Source: Candidatus Kerfeldbacteria bacterium
Lineage (GTDB): Bacteria > Patescibacteriota > Patescibacteriia > SBBC01
DNA: 64,000 nt
NCBI GenBank assembly: GCA_043799405.1
Contig: JAZDNT010000003.1
Location: 271,461-335,460 of the forward strand
Direction of reading: 5' to 3'
Part shown: positions 1 through 9,838 of the stretch, piece by piece
Numbering within the stretch: position 1 is the first letter of the stretch
How the letters are laid out: every line of letters begins with the position of its first letter
The notes under the pieces: generated by a model
Database searches by the model: none
What the model was told of the DNA's origin: nothing
What the model saw: the letters and a program-made list of their open reading frames with translations, nothing else
Translations under genes and position numbers: made by a program

Positions 1-915
1 GCTTAAGAAATTCACAGCGAACTCAGGAAGTGCAACGAACAGCACCGGCAATCCGAGCAGTGCAATTCCGCCAACCGGGAACAATAGCTGCCGTATAAGC
101 GAGAGCTGATCGCGGCCGAAGAAGTCAGAGAGCGTACTGATCGGGTGCTGGAACACGTTCCGGATGATCGAGGTAAACGAATCGCCGTACGCTCCGTAGT
201 ACCCGATCGCAAAATGCCCGGGTGCGTCTCGTGCGGAAGGAATCGCCCATCCGAGCATGAGCACTGTCCAGCCAATACCGAGCGCAATGCTAATAATCGC
301 CATTGTCCTGTGCGTCCTGCGCCAGATCCAAAAAAGGCCCATCGCCGCAACGACGAGACCGACCTCTTCCTTACCGAGCACTGCGAGTGCTATTGCCGGA
401 TAATACACTAGCCATTTCCGTTCTTCAGCGGCCCACCACGCCCACAGAATGAGCGGCGTTACGAGGACAACGGCATGGACGTCGAACGTAACAGCCCATT
501 CGAGCGTGGGATACAGGAGGTACAGAAGGACGATGAACGCGGCCGCTAGAGCGCCGAGTTTTTTCCGTGCAAGAAGAAACAGCGGAATAACGCCGCTCGC
601 GACAGCGAGGACCTGAAGCACGAGCGGCGTACGAGGATCCTGGAACACCGCGTAGAACGGAAGGTAGATAAGCAGCAGGTAATCAGTGTGGATCGCGGTT
701 CGTAGGTGCGTAATCGCTCCTCCCGGATCCGTCATCTGAAACCATTGCCCGTGCAGGCTGTGCCAGAGTACCTGGTCCATGTTGCCCATGTCGAACTGCG
801 CGGTCAAAAGATTCGCCTGCCGCATCCAGTTGCTCGCTCCGAAAAACAGAACGAACAGCGCTGTAGCAACGATGACAACGAGTTTTGCTATATGTTCAGT
901 GCGCTGATGCGCCAT
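1..915 (-). CDS. DUF2079-like polytopic membrane protein, first 305 codons (gene continues past window start)
   Basis: Hand translation of the minus strand from ATG 915..913 stays open to position 1 (MAHQRTEHIAKLVVIVATALFVLFF...AQFDMGNMDQVLWHSLHG...). It is absent from the ORF track because no stop lies in the window. Several hydrophobic helices; the FDxGxxDQ motif is recalled from DUF2079-type membrane proteins. Confidence 0.6.
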   Translation of the reverse strand, partial: MAHQRTEHIAKLVVIVATALFVLFFGASNWMRQANLLTAQFDMGNMDQVLWHSLHGQWFQMTDPGGAITHLRTAIHTDYLLLIYLPFYAVFQDPRTPLVLQVLAVASGVIPLFLLARKKLGALAAAFIVLLYLLYPTLEWAVTFDVHAVVLVTPLILWAWWAAEERKWLVYYPAIALAVLGKEEVGLVVAAMGLFWIWRRTHRTMAIISIALGIGWTVLMLGWAIPSARDAPGHFAIGYYGAYGDSFTSIIRNVFQHPISTLSDFFGRDQLSLIRQLLFPVGGIALLGLPVLFVALPEFAVNFLS

Positions 916-1019
916 GTGTCCCGGTTACTGGTAAGTACCACGGTAGGAAAGCCCGGTTATAAAAAAGTACCTGAATATGCTCCGGTACGCAACACCTTCT
1001 TTCTCCCTGCCGCTTTCGC

Positions 1020-1694
1020 CTACTGATTCTTAGCGGTGAAATCGATCAGCAGCAGCATGCTGTTATCCCAGCTGAACTGGCTCTCCTTTTTGTTCCCGGA
1101 AATACCGTCGACAGTCATGCGCAGGATCTTTGGTTCAGCTACGCCAGCGGGCTTCTTGAACCAGAGGACGCCCGCAAGCGACGTCCCGGAGGTATCCGGA
1201 AGCACGAGCGGTTGCCAATGATCGAAATCGTACCTCGCGGTCCCGTCTGCAGTAAGCGTAACGTAGGACTCGACCTGAAAGTCCGTATCGATTGCCTCGT
1301 TGTGCTGGAACGTCATGAGGAACGGGTACAGGAACATATCAGGATACTTCGAAAGTTCACCGAACGTCTGGTTTTGGAGCGAGGTCCGTTCAGTGTATTG
1401 GCTCAAGATCTGGAAAAGTGCCGGGTAGTAGTACACCGTTTCGATCGCCGTATTGCCAGCCGATCCGTCAGAGCGCCAGCCGATCTGGTAGAGCCCGTTG
1501 AAGATCTCACGCGTGGTGTTCCCGGTCACCACCGTCGTACCGAGGTTCTTCGGTTCGATCACGAAAAAGAAATACGTAAAGACCGCTAACAATCCGATCA
1601 AAGAAACGATAACGTACAGCGCGACACGAACTGGCTTTTTAGAACGCAATTGCGGTTGTTGTCGCGTTGATGATGGTCGTTGTAACGGCTTCAT
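1020..1694 (-). CDS. hypothetical membrane-anchored protein
   Basis: 224-aa ORF with a basic N-terminus, then a single hydrophobic helix (VALYVIVSLIGLLAVFTYFFFVI), then a soluble body. Same strand and close spacing with the blaI-like gene upstream. No family recognised. Confidence 0.5.
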   Translation of the reverse strand: MKPLQRPSSTRQQPQLRSKKPVRVALYVIVSLIGLLAVFTYFFFVIEPKNLGTTVVTGNTTREIFNGLYQIGWRSDGSAGNTAIETVYYYPALFQILSQYTERTSLQNQTFGELSKYPDMFLYPFLMTFQHNEAIDTDFQVESYVTLTADGTARYDFDHWQPLVLPDTSGTSLAGVLWFKKPAGVAEPKILRMTVDGISGNKKESQFSWDNSMLLLIDFTAKNQ

Positions 1695-1737
1695 TATTTT
1701 ATACTAGTATGAGAGAGCAACGGATGCTAGGCGTTCA

Positions 1738-2127
1738 TTAATCACGCCGTTCTCGGACAGCGGATGTGCGGGGACGAAGTACGGCCTTTTTCTCTTCCAT
1801 TTTCCCGATTGCTTCTGCAAGAGGCGGAACGGCTTCGTTGCCGTAGCAATGAACGAACGTATCAACGACATTGCGAGAGCACTCACAGAGGTACGCGCAC
1901 TTCGTCTGGATCGCGGAGTAACGGAAGCTCGTCCCTCTTTGCTTTCGACGAAGGAGACCCTTCTTGACCAAACGGTTCATTACAGTCATGACGGTCGTGT
2001 AGGCCGATCTCCGTGACCCTTTCAATTCCCCGATGACGTCGCGTACGGTCACGTCAGAACGCGACCATACTGCCTCCATGATTGCGCGCTCGAGGTCGCC
2101 CAGTAATGTTAACCGCGATTCGTGCAT
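1738..2127 (-). CDS. BlaI/MecI/CopY-family transcriptional repressor
   Basis: 129 aa with an N-terminal winged-helix pattern (LGDLERAIMEAVW..VTVRDV...YTTVMTVMNRLVKKGLL) typical of the penicillinase-repressor family. Confidence 0.75.
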   Translation of the reverse strand: MHESRLTLLGDLERAIMEAVWSRSDVTVRDVIGELKGSRRSAYTTVMTVMNRLVKKGLLRRKQRGTSFRYSAIQTKCAYLCECSRNVVDTFVHCYGNEAVPPLAEAIGKMEEKKAVLRPRTSAVRERRD

Positions 2128-2188
2128 ATCGAAACTTCCCTACTACACACTGTAGCAGGCATTCACCTCGAAGGTCAAGTCGAACGTC

Positions 2189-3697
2189 CTACGACGTGAT
2201 CATCACGATCGTCAGCCCGTAGAGCAGGAGCAGCGTATAGAGGATGACCGGACGGTGCTGGACGCGGACCTTCACGATGACGTTCACTGCGAGCACGATG
2301 AACAGGAACAGCCAGAAGGTGATGAAGAACTTCTGCGAGAAGAATATGATATGAGGAATCCACTCAGCGATCCCTTCACGCGAGAACGACCGGACGACCG
2401 TAGTGTCGAGGAACGAGAGCGACGCGAGCTGCACTACCGAAACGTTGCCGATCGCATCTTTCAGTTCGATGTCGATCGTCTCGTTCGCGGCATACCGTGC
2501 CGGTGGTAGGTTCGCGATAAATGATCCGGTCGACGGTTGAATATCTACGTGCGTCGTACCGACGGTGATCACCGCTGATGCCACATCCTGTCCCTCGATC
2601 GTTCCGGTGACCATAAGGCCACCCGGGGTAAGGTATGACGGCAATACAATGGTGGTACCGAGCGCCGCCGAAGGAGGCTCTGTATCGATCATGATGCGGT
2701 CTGCCGCACTAACAACGCTTGAGAGGCCTCCGCTCTGCGCAATCGCGGTAAGCTCGTGCGCGCCATCAACGAGGTCTCCCTCGGGCTGGAGCGAGAAGTA
2801 TCCCTGTGCATCGCTTACGACCGCCCCTATCCTGTTCTTGTTGTCGTAGACGGTTATCAGAACGTCCGGCTGCGACTCTCCTGCGATCCACGGCTTTACG
2901 GTCGAAAGGATCGAGCCGCTCTGCGGGACGGTCAGCTTCGGTACTGCGGGGGGTGCGGGAGCTGGCTTCGTTTCAGTCTGCTCTCCGAGTACGGGTTTCG
3001 GTACAGGATTCTCTTTCGCAACGACCGACGGCTTCTGTTGGGTGACTGGCTTTTTCGGTACGACTTTCGCTACTACTTTCGCCTGCTGCTTCGGCACAAC
3101 CGCAACGCCGAAGAACTGTACGACGACGGTCGATGACATTCCGTTCATCTGTCCTGTCGAAACAGCAACACCGATGTCGCGGTACTTTGAGTTCAGAAGG
3201 TTCTTGCGGTGCGTCGGGCTATCAAGCCACGCCTCAACGACGTCCTCGGCTGTCGTAAAATCGATCGCGAGGTTCTCGCCTGCCGAGCTGTAATTGTATC
3301 CTGCTTTCTTGAACCAGTACCACGGCGTTACCTTCGTAGGACTCACGTGAGCGAAGTACTGTTTCGAGAGCATATCGTCCGCCTTGAACTCCGCACCCGT
3401 GGTAAGGTTCTTGTTGACCTGAAGCGGTTTGAGTCCTTTGGTGACGCGCGACTCGTTCGTCAGGCGAACGATCTCGCCCTGCGTTAGGTCTGCGGTTGCC
3501 GACGGGCCGGGATACACGAACGCTGTGCCGCTGACGATCACCTTTACGACGATAATGATCACTGCGTAGGCAGTGAGCGCCTTGTGACGCAATGCATGCG
3601 GCTTGTGATCGTTCCCTTCGTGCGGAACGAATGCATTCCAAAAATGCCGTTTTGCGGTTGCGCAGTGTCGCTGTATATGATGCTTGAGCGGTGCCAT
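2189..3697 (-). CDS. CAP/SCP-domain membrane protein with Ig-like region and C-terminal TM helices
   Basis: 502 aa. N-terminal TM helix; CAP core (YFAHVSP..GENLA..EAWLDSPTHRKNLL..YRDIGVAV); Pro/Lys-rich linker; beta-rich region; hydrophobic C-terminus (FFITFWLFLFIVLAVNVIV.., LYTLLLLYGLTIVMI). Confidence 0.65.
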   Translation of the reverse strand: MAPLKHHIQRHCATAKRHFWNAFVPHEGNDHKPHALRHKALTAYAVIIIVVKVIVSGTAFVYPGPSATADLTQGEIVRLTNESRVTKGLKPLQVNKNLTTGAEFKADDMLSKQYFAHVSPTKVTPWYWFKKAGYNYSSAGENLAIDFTTAEDVVEAWLDSPTHRKNLLNSKYRDIGVAVSTGQMNGMSSTVVVQFFGVAVVPKQQAKVVAKVVPKKPVTQQKPSVVAKENPVPKPVLGEQTETKPAPAPPAVPKLTVPQSGSILSTVKPWIAGESQPDVLITVYDNKNRIGAVVSDAQGYFSLQPEGDLVDGAHELTAIAQSGGLSSVVSAADRIMIDTEPPSAALGTTIVLPSYLTPGGLMVTGTIEGQDVASAVITVGTTHVDIQPSTGSFIANLPPARYAANETIDIELKDAIGNVSVVQLASLSFLDTTVVRSFSREGIAEWIPHIIFFSQKFFITFWLFLFIVLAVNVIVKVRVQHRPVILYTLLLLYGLTIVMITS

Positions 3698-3851
3698 GGA
3701 AGCGTTCTTAGCGTATCATAAAACAGTGAAGAATAGCACGGAACAGCAAAAATGTCAATAGTGAACCAGGACGTTTTATCTAAAGTCAGAAGAATGATAG
3801 GATTTCATTCGTACTAGTGTAGTAATTACTGTACCCTTAACCACTACATGT

Positions 3852-4439
3852 ATGGCGTATGCATCACTTCCAAAACTCGAATATCCTTACGACGCGCTCG
3901 AGCCGCATATCGACGCCCGGACCATGGAGATCCACCACACGAAACACCACCAGACGTACGTCGATAAGCTGAACGCGGTAATGGAAAAACATCCGGAGCT
4001 CGCCGACCGTCCGCTAGAGCAGGTGCTCATGAAACTTGACTCACTCGACATCCCTGACGCTGACAAGACCGCGATACAGAACCACGGCGGCGGACACCTG
4101 AACCACTCGCTGTTCTGGCAGATCATGGGACCGGAAAAAACGGTCGATACAAAACTCCAGGCCGATATTGAGGCTACCTGGCAATCGCTCGAGGTGTTCA
4201 AAAAGGAGTTCTCAGAAAAAGCCGCTGCACACTTCGGTAACGGATGGATGTGGCTTATGCGCAATGCGTCTGGTTCGCTTGATATGCATGGTCTCCCGAA
4301 TCAGGATTCCCCTCTCCTTATGGGCATGACGCCGGTCTTTTGCCTCGACCTCTGGGAACACGCGTATTACCTGAAGTACCAGAGTCGTCGCGCCGATTAC
4401 ATAGCAGCTTGGTGGAATATACTCAAATTGCTGCCATAA
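3852..4439 (+). CDS. sodA: Fe/Mn superoxide dismutase
   Basis: 195 aa with HHTKHHQTYV and DLWEHAYYLKYQ signature motifs of the Fe/Mn SOD family. Confidence 0.9.
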   Translation: MAYASLPKLEYPYDALEPHIDARTMEIHHTKHHQTYVDKLNAVMEKHPELADRPLEQVLMKLDSLDIPDADKTAIQNHGGGHLNHSLFWQIMGPEKTVDTKLQADIEATWQSLEVFKKEFSEKAAAHFGNGWMWLMRNASGSLDMHGLPNQDSPLLMGMTPVFCLDLWEHAYYLKYQSRRADYIAAWWNILKLLP

Positions 4440-4482
4440 CGCAGCTTGTCCTGATTCACAGTACCGATTGCCGCGCGAAAAG

Positions 4483-6462
4483 CTACAATAGTAGTTCCTT
4501 TGCCTGCTGCCAATCGCTTTCGTTCAGTATGGTGACCTTATCCGCAGCGACGATATAGAGAAAATCGTCGAGGTACACGGCGCGAAGCGCACGGTAACCC
4601 GATACCGCTTTTTTCAAAGACAGCGTCCCGCCGTCGTAGGAGATGACGTAGCTGCCCTTACTGGACGGAATGAAAAAAACCTTATGTTTTGCGTCGTGCA
4701 GGAACGCATGGTGATTGCTCTGTATTCCTGTCCAGTATTCATCAAGTTGGTACGTCGAAAGATCTTTGGGATTTGCAGGATCAGACACATCAAATAGCGT
4801 CAGTTTCACCTTGGATCTGTCCTCACCGACGCCGAGTACTAGCGTATCGGTCAGCTTGTCGAGATACGAGGAATACCCCGGTATCTTGAGCTCGCCGGTA
4901 AGTTTCGGATCGCGGGGATCGCGAAGATCAAGGACATAGAAGGGATCAATCTGTCTGAACGTGACTACATACCCCTGTCCACCGACGAAACGAACGCTGT
5001 ATATTCTCTCCCCTTTTCCGAGGTCGAGCACCGATCCCACGATCTTCATCGAACCGTCAAGCACGTACACGTCGTTGACCGACTGTTCGGAACTGCCGGT
5101 TAGGAACGAATCGCCCGAGGTCGTTGCGACGCGGAGCATGCCGCCGTTCTCATCAAGTGAGAACTGGTTGAGAAGGTGCCCGGGAACATCGCCGACCGAG
5201 GCGATCGACATCGAGTCGAGGGTGATCTTAGCGATACCGGACCGTTCGAACTCTCGCTGATGTTGTAATCCGTACGACTTCATCCTATTGGCCATTTCCG
5301 TCTCCATCTTCATCTGATCGTCGTTCGTCAGTCCCGCCTGGAAACGATTCATGATCACCTCGAATTCGACCATCTTCGCTTCGCTGCTGATGTCGAGTGC
5401 CATAAGCTTTTTAAGACGTTCCAGGGTATCCGATGAGACAAGGTCCTTCGCTGATTCGTTCAAAAAATTATACATGTACGCTACAAAATCGCCGACCATA
5501 GTGTAGGCGACGTACAGCGCGTTCTCCGACATATAGACGGTTGTGTACGTGGAAGAGCCGACGAACGATACCTTCTTCCCGATCGAGCCGTCTTTAGGAT
5601 CCATGATCATTGCAGTGTACGTGCCGTCGACCGGTGACGGATCGACCGGATGGTAGATCTCCGCGCAGAGAATGGTGAGCGTTCTTGTTCCGACCTTCAA
5701 GAGGTCATACGGGCAGGGGCGGTTGTTTTGCAGATTGTTCCTGACGACCAGATACACAGAACCATCCTTAAGACGCGCAGTGACCAGTTTGCTCGATGTT
5801 CCGAGATCATTGGTCCATATCTCTTTCGGCGAGGCTGGATCGGTGACGTCGTACCCATACATCTTCGAATAGCCGAATACGATCATCGTCTTCCCAACGA
5901 TGAGAAGGTTGCCGGTCGTATCGACGGAACCGTCCATTTTCATTGAATCAACAGGAAATGCACGCACTAGTTTCGTTTTCGCAATCGACTGTTGCGGAGG
6001 AACAAGTTTGCCGCTGATAGAGGTGTCGAACGGCATGATATCACCGTAGTAATACTGCGCCTCCGATGATATATACAGCTCGGTTCCGTCGGTCTTTACA
6101 ATGTCAGGTTCATCGATACCCTCTACCTGTACGTTCGTTTCGGAGATCCGTTCGGGCGCAGGCGCGGTCTTTGTATCAGCCGTACCAAGTCCGACCGATG
6201 ATCCGATATCCTCGACCAGAAATTCTCCAGTTGCGGGGGCAGACGTTCTCAATCCTAAAGAATACGACGCGCTCCTACTCGACGATTCGCTAATATACGA
6301 GAGAAAATCTTTTTCCGAGGTGAACCGCGTAAGGTTCGTATGCGCCGTAGGAAGCTTTCCTCCTCCCGGTTGAACTCGGTTCAGTACCGAGTAGACGCCG
6401 AAAAACACTGCGACGGCCAGTATGACAGCCACAGACCCGATGAGAAGCTTATCTCTGTTCAT
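4483..6462 (-). CDS. secreted beta-propeller domain protein
   Basis: 659 aa with an N-terminal signal-anchor. The C-terminal block YVVTFRQIDPFYVLDLRDPRDPKLTGELKIPGYSSYL is recalled from the beta-propeller domain family (PF09826-like). Confidence 0.6.
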   Translation of the reverse strand: MNRDKLLIGSVAVILAVAVFFGVYSVLNRVQPGGGKLPTAHTNLTRFTSEKDFLSYISESSSRSASYSLGLRTSAPATGEFLVEDIGSSVGLGTADTKTAPAPERISETNVQVEGIDEPDIVKTDGTELYISSEAQYYYGDIMPFDTSISGKLVPPQQSIAKTKLVRAFPVDSMKMDGSVDTTGNLLIVGKTMIVFGYSKMYGYDVTDPASPKEIWTNDLGTSSKLVTARLKDGSVYLVVRNNLQNNRPCPYDLLKVGTRTLTILCAEIYHPVDPSPVDGTYTAMIMDPKDGSIGKKVSFVGSSTYTTVYMSENALYVAYTMVGDFVAYMYNFLNESAKDLVSSDTLERLKKLMALDISSEAKMVEFEVIMNRFQAGLTNDDQMKMETEMANRMKSYGLQHQREFERSGIAKITLDSMSIASVGDVPGHLLNQFSLDENGGMLRVATTSGDSFLTGSSEQSVNDVYVLDGSMKIVGSVLDLGKGERIYSVRFVGGQGYVVTFRQIDPFYVLDLRDPRDPKLTGELKIPGYSSYLDKLTDTLVLGVGEDRSKVKLTLFDVSDPANPKDLSTYQLDEYWTGIQSNHHAFLHDAKHKVFFIPSSKGSYVISYDGGTLSLKKAVSGYRALRAVYLDDFLYIVAADKVTILNESDWQQAKELLL

Positions 6463-6551
6463 GGTTCCCCCGATATAAGGTTATAAGCTTTATGCTGTTA
6501 GTCTAAACTGTTTTTCTTCTTTTGTAACCATATGCAGGCCAGTTCAGTATG

Positions 6552-7601
6552 TCAGATCGACAGGACAAGTACGACCTTCTGTCCGGTTTCCGGATGGCCG
6601 TCATTGTAGTCGTGCATCGCTTTCGTTACGACCGATTCCGAGTAGTAGAGGTTTTCGCCGGAAGACGTCCCGGGATCGTTCACGATGAACCGGTGGTCCG
6701 ACGTGTACCCGCGGATCACGAACACGTGGTAGTCGGGGCCGGGTTTTTTGAAAAACCTGTTGCCGAGCTTCCTTCCAAGGGCCGGAACGATGATAGGGTG
6801 CCCGGTATCGATGATATCGCGAAGGTTCTGTGCGGACGGATTGTAGGTGAGCTGCGTCTTAAGGTGGTAGACTCCGCTCGCGATCTTCGCGGTCTCTGCT
6901 ATATCGGTATCATAATGGTGACCGAGCCGCTTCACTTCCCACCGCTTCATCCGCTGCAGTTCGGTTTCCGCGTCGTTCGCTGTTTTGATCGCCCGCCCCT
7001 GCAAGAACCGGTACACCATGAGCACTGACGTCTCCTCGCAGAACTCGCTGTGATCCAAGTCCCATATGCCCTTCGGCGCCTGGGAAGAGAACGGAACGTC
7101 GAGGTTGACGGATGTCGGAATCTGAATGAGCGTCCCATCCGTGATGCGGGTGCCGAGAACACCGAACAAGGCCGAGGCGGTGTCTGCACTTACAGTGTAC
7201 CGTACATTGTCGTCCGGATCGACGTACCATGCCTCTCCTCGGCCATCGACCTGAATCAGGAAGTAGCCGGCGAGGCGGTACCGCAAGGAACTTTCTGACG
7301 TCGCCGAAAAACCGGCTGACGGAATTTTTGCAAGATCCTTGTTGCTGATGCGTATGCCGACCTTCTTCACGACGGTCTTGAAGTCTTCGACAGACGCAAT
7401 CGAGAACCGCGTCAGGTACTTCGGGTGGACGTACCAGGCCTTGTCCCCGCTCTCGGCTTGCAACACAACGCGACCCCGATACAGTTCGGCAACAGTGCCG
7501 GCAGAAAGGTGCAGCGGCAGTGCGAGCACGAAAACGATGATCGCTACTGCGATATGCCAGTACCGGTTCTTTCCATCAAAAACGTCCGGTACGGTCTTCA
7601 T
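6552..7601 (-). CDS. peptidase C39-like domain protein (secreted/anchored)
   Basis: 349 aa with a signal-anchor. C-terminal half FSSQAPKGIWDLDHSEFCEETSVLM...YHVFVIRGY resembles the papain-fold C39-like domain. Paralog of 14059..14889. Confidence 0.55.
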   Translation of the reverse strand: MKTVPDVFDGKNRYWHIAVAIIVFVLALPLHLSAGTVAELYRGRVVLQAESGDKAWYVHPKYLTRFSIASVEDFKTVVKKVGIRISNKDLAKIPSAGFSATSESSLRYRLAGYFLIQVDGRGEAWYVDPDDNVRYTVSADTASALFGVLGTRITDGTLIQIPTSVNLDVPFSSQAPKGIWDLDHSEFCEETSVLMVYRFLQGRAIKTANDAETELQRMKRWEVKRLGHHYDTDIAETAKIASGVYHLKTQLTYNPSAQNLRDIIDTGHPIIVPALGRKLGNRFFKKPGPDYHVFVIRGYTSDHRFIVNDPGTSSGENLYYSESVVTKAMHDYNDGHPETGQKVVLVLSI

Positions 7602-7610
7602 CGAATGACT

Positions 7611-7982
7611 CTACCGGGTATCACGTGCCGCACGCTTAAGCGCTTCGAGCGGAAGGTATGCGCACCGTTCCCGGGCAGGCCCGACCTTCACGCCGAGCAA
7701 CTGATCGATGTCATTGGTCGTGAGCTGTTGCACATGTGCTACTGATTTCCCTATGATTTCATCAGTGAGCAGTGAAGCTGCAGCAGTGGTAATAGCGCAT
7801 CCGCGACCTGAAAATGCGATATCAACGACTTTCCCCTTTTCAACCTTCAGCTGCATTGTGACCTCATCTCCGCAGAGCGTATTCTCAAGAAAGGCTTCGT
7901 GCGTGGTCTTTTTTAGTTTTCCAAAATGCCGGGGGTTCTTGTTGTGGTCGAGAATGATGTCTCTGTATAATTGGTCGGTCAT
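7611..7982 (-). CDS. sufU: SufU/IscU-type Fe-S cluster scaffold
   Basis: MTDQLYRDIILDHNKNPRHFG...CGDEV...GRGCAI...RERCAYLP carries the three conserved Cys of NifU-N/SufU. The start at ATG 7982 overlaps the grpB stop (ATGA). The ORF track extends to 8147, but that overlaps grpB. Confidence 0.8.
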   Translation of the reverse strand: MTDQLYRDIILDHNKNPRHFGKLKKTTHEAFLENTLCGDEVTMQLKVEKGKVVDIAFSGRGCAITTAAASLLTDEIIGKSVAHVQQLTTNDIDQLLGVKVGPARERCAYLPLEALKRAARDTR

Positions 7983-8500
7983 GTGCCCTTTTGAAGAATG
8001 GTGTTTATATAACGACTCTTTGCCGACGTATAGCGGTTTCGATCCGTTGAAAAACGCCGATATAGTTCTAACTTTATTTGTTGGTACCTTCTCACATCGT
8101 TCGGATGGGAACGCATCCAATCTCGAAAACTGACGTACTGTTTCCAAAGAACACCTCGATACCGCACGATGTGAAGGTATACCGTTCGATTCGTTTCAGG
8201 TCCTTTTACAAAGAGCGTATCGTTATCTCTGCCTTTTCGGCGGCGGACATATCCAATTGTTCGCAGACGCTGCTCCAATCCAGCTATCGCACGAACCTTC
8301 CGGACCCCGAGCGCGATATCAAGAATCGGTTTTGCAATGAGGCCGGGGATTGCCGTGCTGCCGACGTGTTCGATGCCGAGAGCCAACGAACCAAGCTGTT
8401 TTATGAGGCGCCGCTTCTCATGGACAAACTCGCGGTGCCAATATGCGTGGTGCTGTACGAGCCGGACAGTCCCTCGTGCAAGCCCCAATGCCCTCGTCAT
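7979..8500 (-). CDS. GrpB (UPF0157) family protein
   Basis: 173 aa. The pattern IEHVGSTAIPGLIAKPILDI...HLHIV...FRDWMRSHPNDVRRY is typical of the GrpB nucleotidyltransferase-fold family. ATGA overlaps at both ends. Confidence 0.7.
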   Translation of the reverse strand: MTRALGLARGTVRLVQHHAYWHREFVHEKRRLIKQLGSLALGIEHVGSTAIPGLIAKPILDIALGVRKVRAIAGLEQRLRTIGYVRRRKGRDNDTLFVKGPETNRTVYLHIVRYRGVLWKQYVSFRDWMRSHPNDVRRYQQIKLELYRRFSTDRNRYTSAKSRYINTILQKGT

Positions 8501-9717
8501 ACGTCCAATACGTTCTTCGCCTTCTCAATGGCAGCGATGCACTGATCAATGTCCTGTTTCGTCGTGTATACGGAAAAACTCATCCTTCCGGTCGATTTGA
8601 CGCCGAGCTTCTGCATGAGCGGCTGGGCGCAGTGGTGACCGCTACGGATCGCAACGCCCTCGCGGTCGAGGAGCGTTGCAAGGTCGTGCGGATGGATGCC
8701 GTCAACGTTGAACGCGATGATCCCGCCCTTCTTCCGCGCGTTCATCGTCCCATAGATCGTAATGCCCTTGATGCGCCGGAGTTTTTTCAGTGCGTATGCG
8801 ACAAGCGTCTGTTCATGGCGGATCACCTTGCCCATACCGAGTTTCGTAAGGTAATCAATCGCAGCGCCGTACCCAACGGCGCCGACCGCGTTCGGCGTAC
8901 CCGCCTCGAACTTCCACGGCACATCGTTCCACGTTGCAGTCTGCAGCGTCACGGCATGGATCATGTCCCCTCCTCCCATGAACGGCGGCATGGATTCCAG
9001 GATCTCCTTCCGCGACCATAAACAGCCAATACCCATCGGTCCCAGCATTTTGTGACCTGACATCGCAAGGAAATCACACCCGAGCTTTTGTACATCAGTC
9101 GGAAGGTGGGAAACGCTCTGCGCGCCGTCAACGAGTACGAGTGCTCCCTTTCGGTGCGCCATTCGTGAGATCGCTGCAACGTCAGGGATCGTTCCGTAGA
9201 CGTTCGACATACCGGTCACGGCAATGAGCTTCGTCCGGTGGGTCAGAAGTCGCCTGAACAACTTCATGTCGAGCGCGCCATCTAAGCCAACGGGCGCAAC
9301 GCGGAGCTCAGCTTTTTTTTCTTTACACAAGAGCTGCCACGGCACGAGGTTCGAGTGGTGCTCCATTTCCGTGACAATGACGTTATCGCCCTGCTTCACG
9401 TTCTGTCTTCCCCAGGCATACGCTACAAGGTTTATCGCTTCTGTCGCGTTCCGCGTGAATACGATCTCGCTCTCATGCGCGTGGATGAACCTCGCGACCT
9501 TTCTTCGCGCTTCCTCGTACATCCTCGTCGCTTCTTCGCTTATAACGTAGATGCCGCGGTGCGTGTTCGCGTTATGCCGTTTCTGGAACTCGGTCATCGC
9601 GTCAATGACCTGACGGGGACGCTGCGTCGTCGCTGTTGAATCGAGGTACGCGAACCGCTTGCCGTGGATGTGGCGTCGCAGTATTGGAAAATCGTTTTGA
9701 ATATTCGAACGAATCAT
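8497..9717 (-). CDS. sufS: cysteine desulfurase SufS
   Basis: 406 aa class-V aminotransferase with FLAMSGHKMLGPMGIG (PLP lysine) and RSGHHCAQPL (catalytic Cys loop). Located in the suf operon. Confidence 0.9.
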   Translation of the reverse strand: MIRSNIQNDFPILRRHIHGKRFAYLDSTATTQRPRQVIDAMTEFQKRHNANTHRGIYVISEEATRMYEEARRKVARFIHAHESEIVFTRNATEAINLVAYAWGRQNVKQGDNVIVTEMEHHSNLVPWQLLCKEKKAELRVAPVGLDGALDMKLFRRLLTHRTKLIAVTGMSNVYGTIPDVAAISRMAHRKGALVLVDGAQSVSHLPTDVQKLGCDFLAMSGHKMLGPMGIGCLWSRKEILESMPPFMGGGDMIHAVTLQTATWNDVPWKFEAGTPNAVGAVGYGAAIDYLTKLGMGKVIRHEQTLVAYALKKLRRIKGITIYGTMNARKKGGIIAFNVDGIHPHDLATLLDREGVAIRSGHHCAQPLMQKLGVKSTGRMSFSVYTTKQDIDQCIAAIEKAKNVLDV

Positions 9718-9727
9718 AGTAATGTAT

Positions 9728-9813
9728 CCCCTCCTAAATTTGGAGGGGTGGCACGAAGTGCCGGGGTGGTACCTCCTCTCCTGCCCGAGGGGAGGCCAGG
9801 TGGGGTGGGAGGG
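9728..9813. repeat. GC-rich structured intergenic element, copy A (CCCCTCC..GGAGGGG hairpin family)
   Basis: Hairpin CCCCTCC-TAAATTT-GGAGGGG (9728..9748), then hairpin GGCAC-GAA-GTGCC (9750..9762), then GGGGTGGT and further CCTCC/GGAGG tracts. Same architecture as 57141..57235 and 60957..61054. Confidence 0.6.
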
Positions 9814-9838
9814 AAATCGTTTCTAACTGTTCTCCGTA

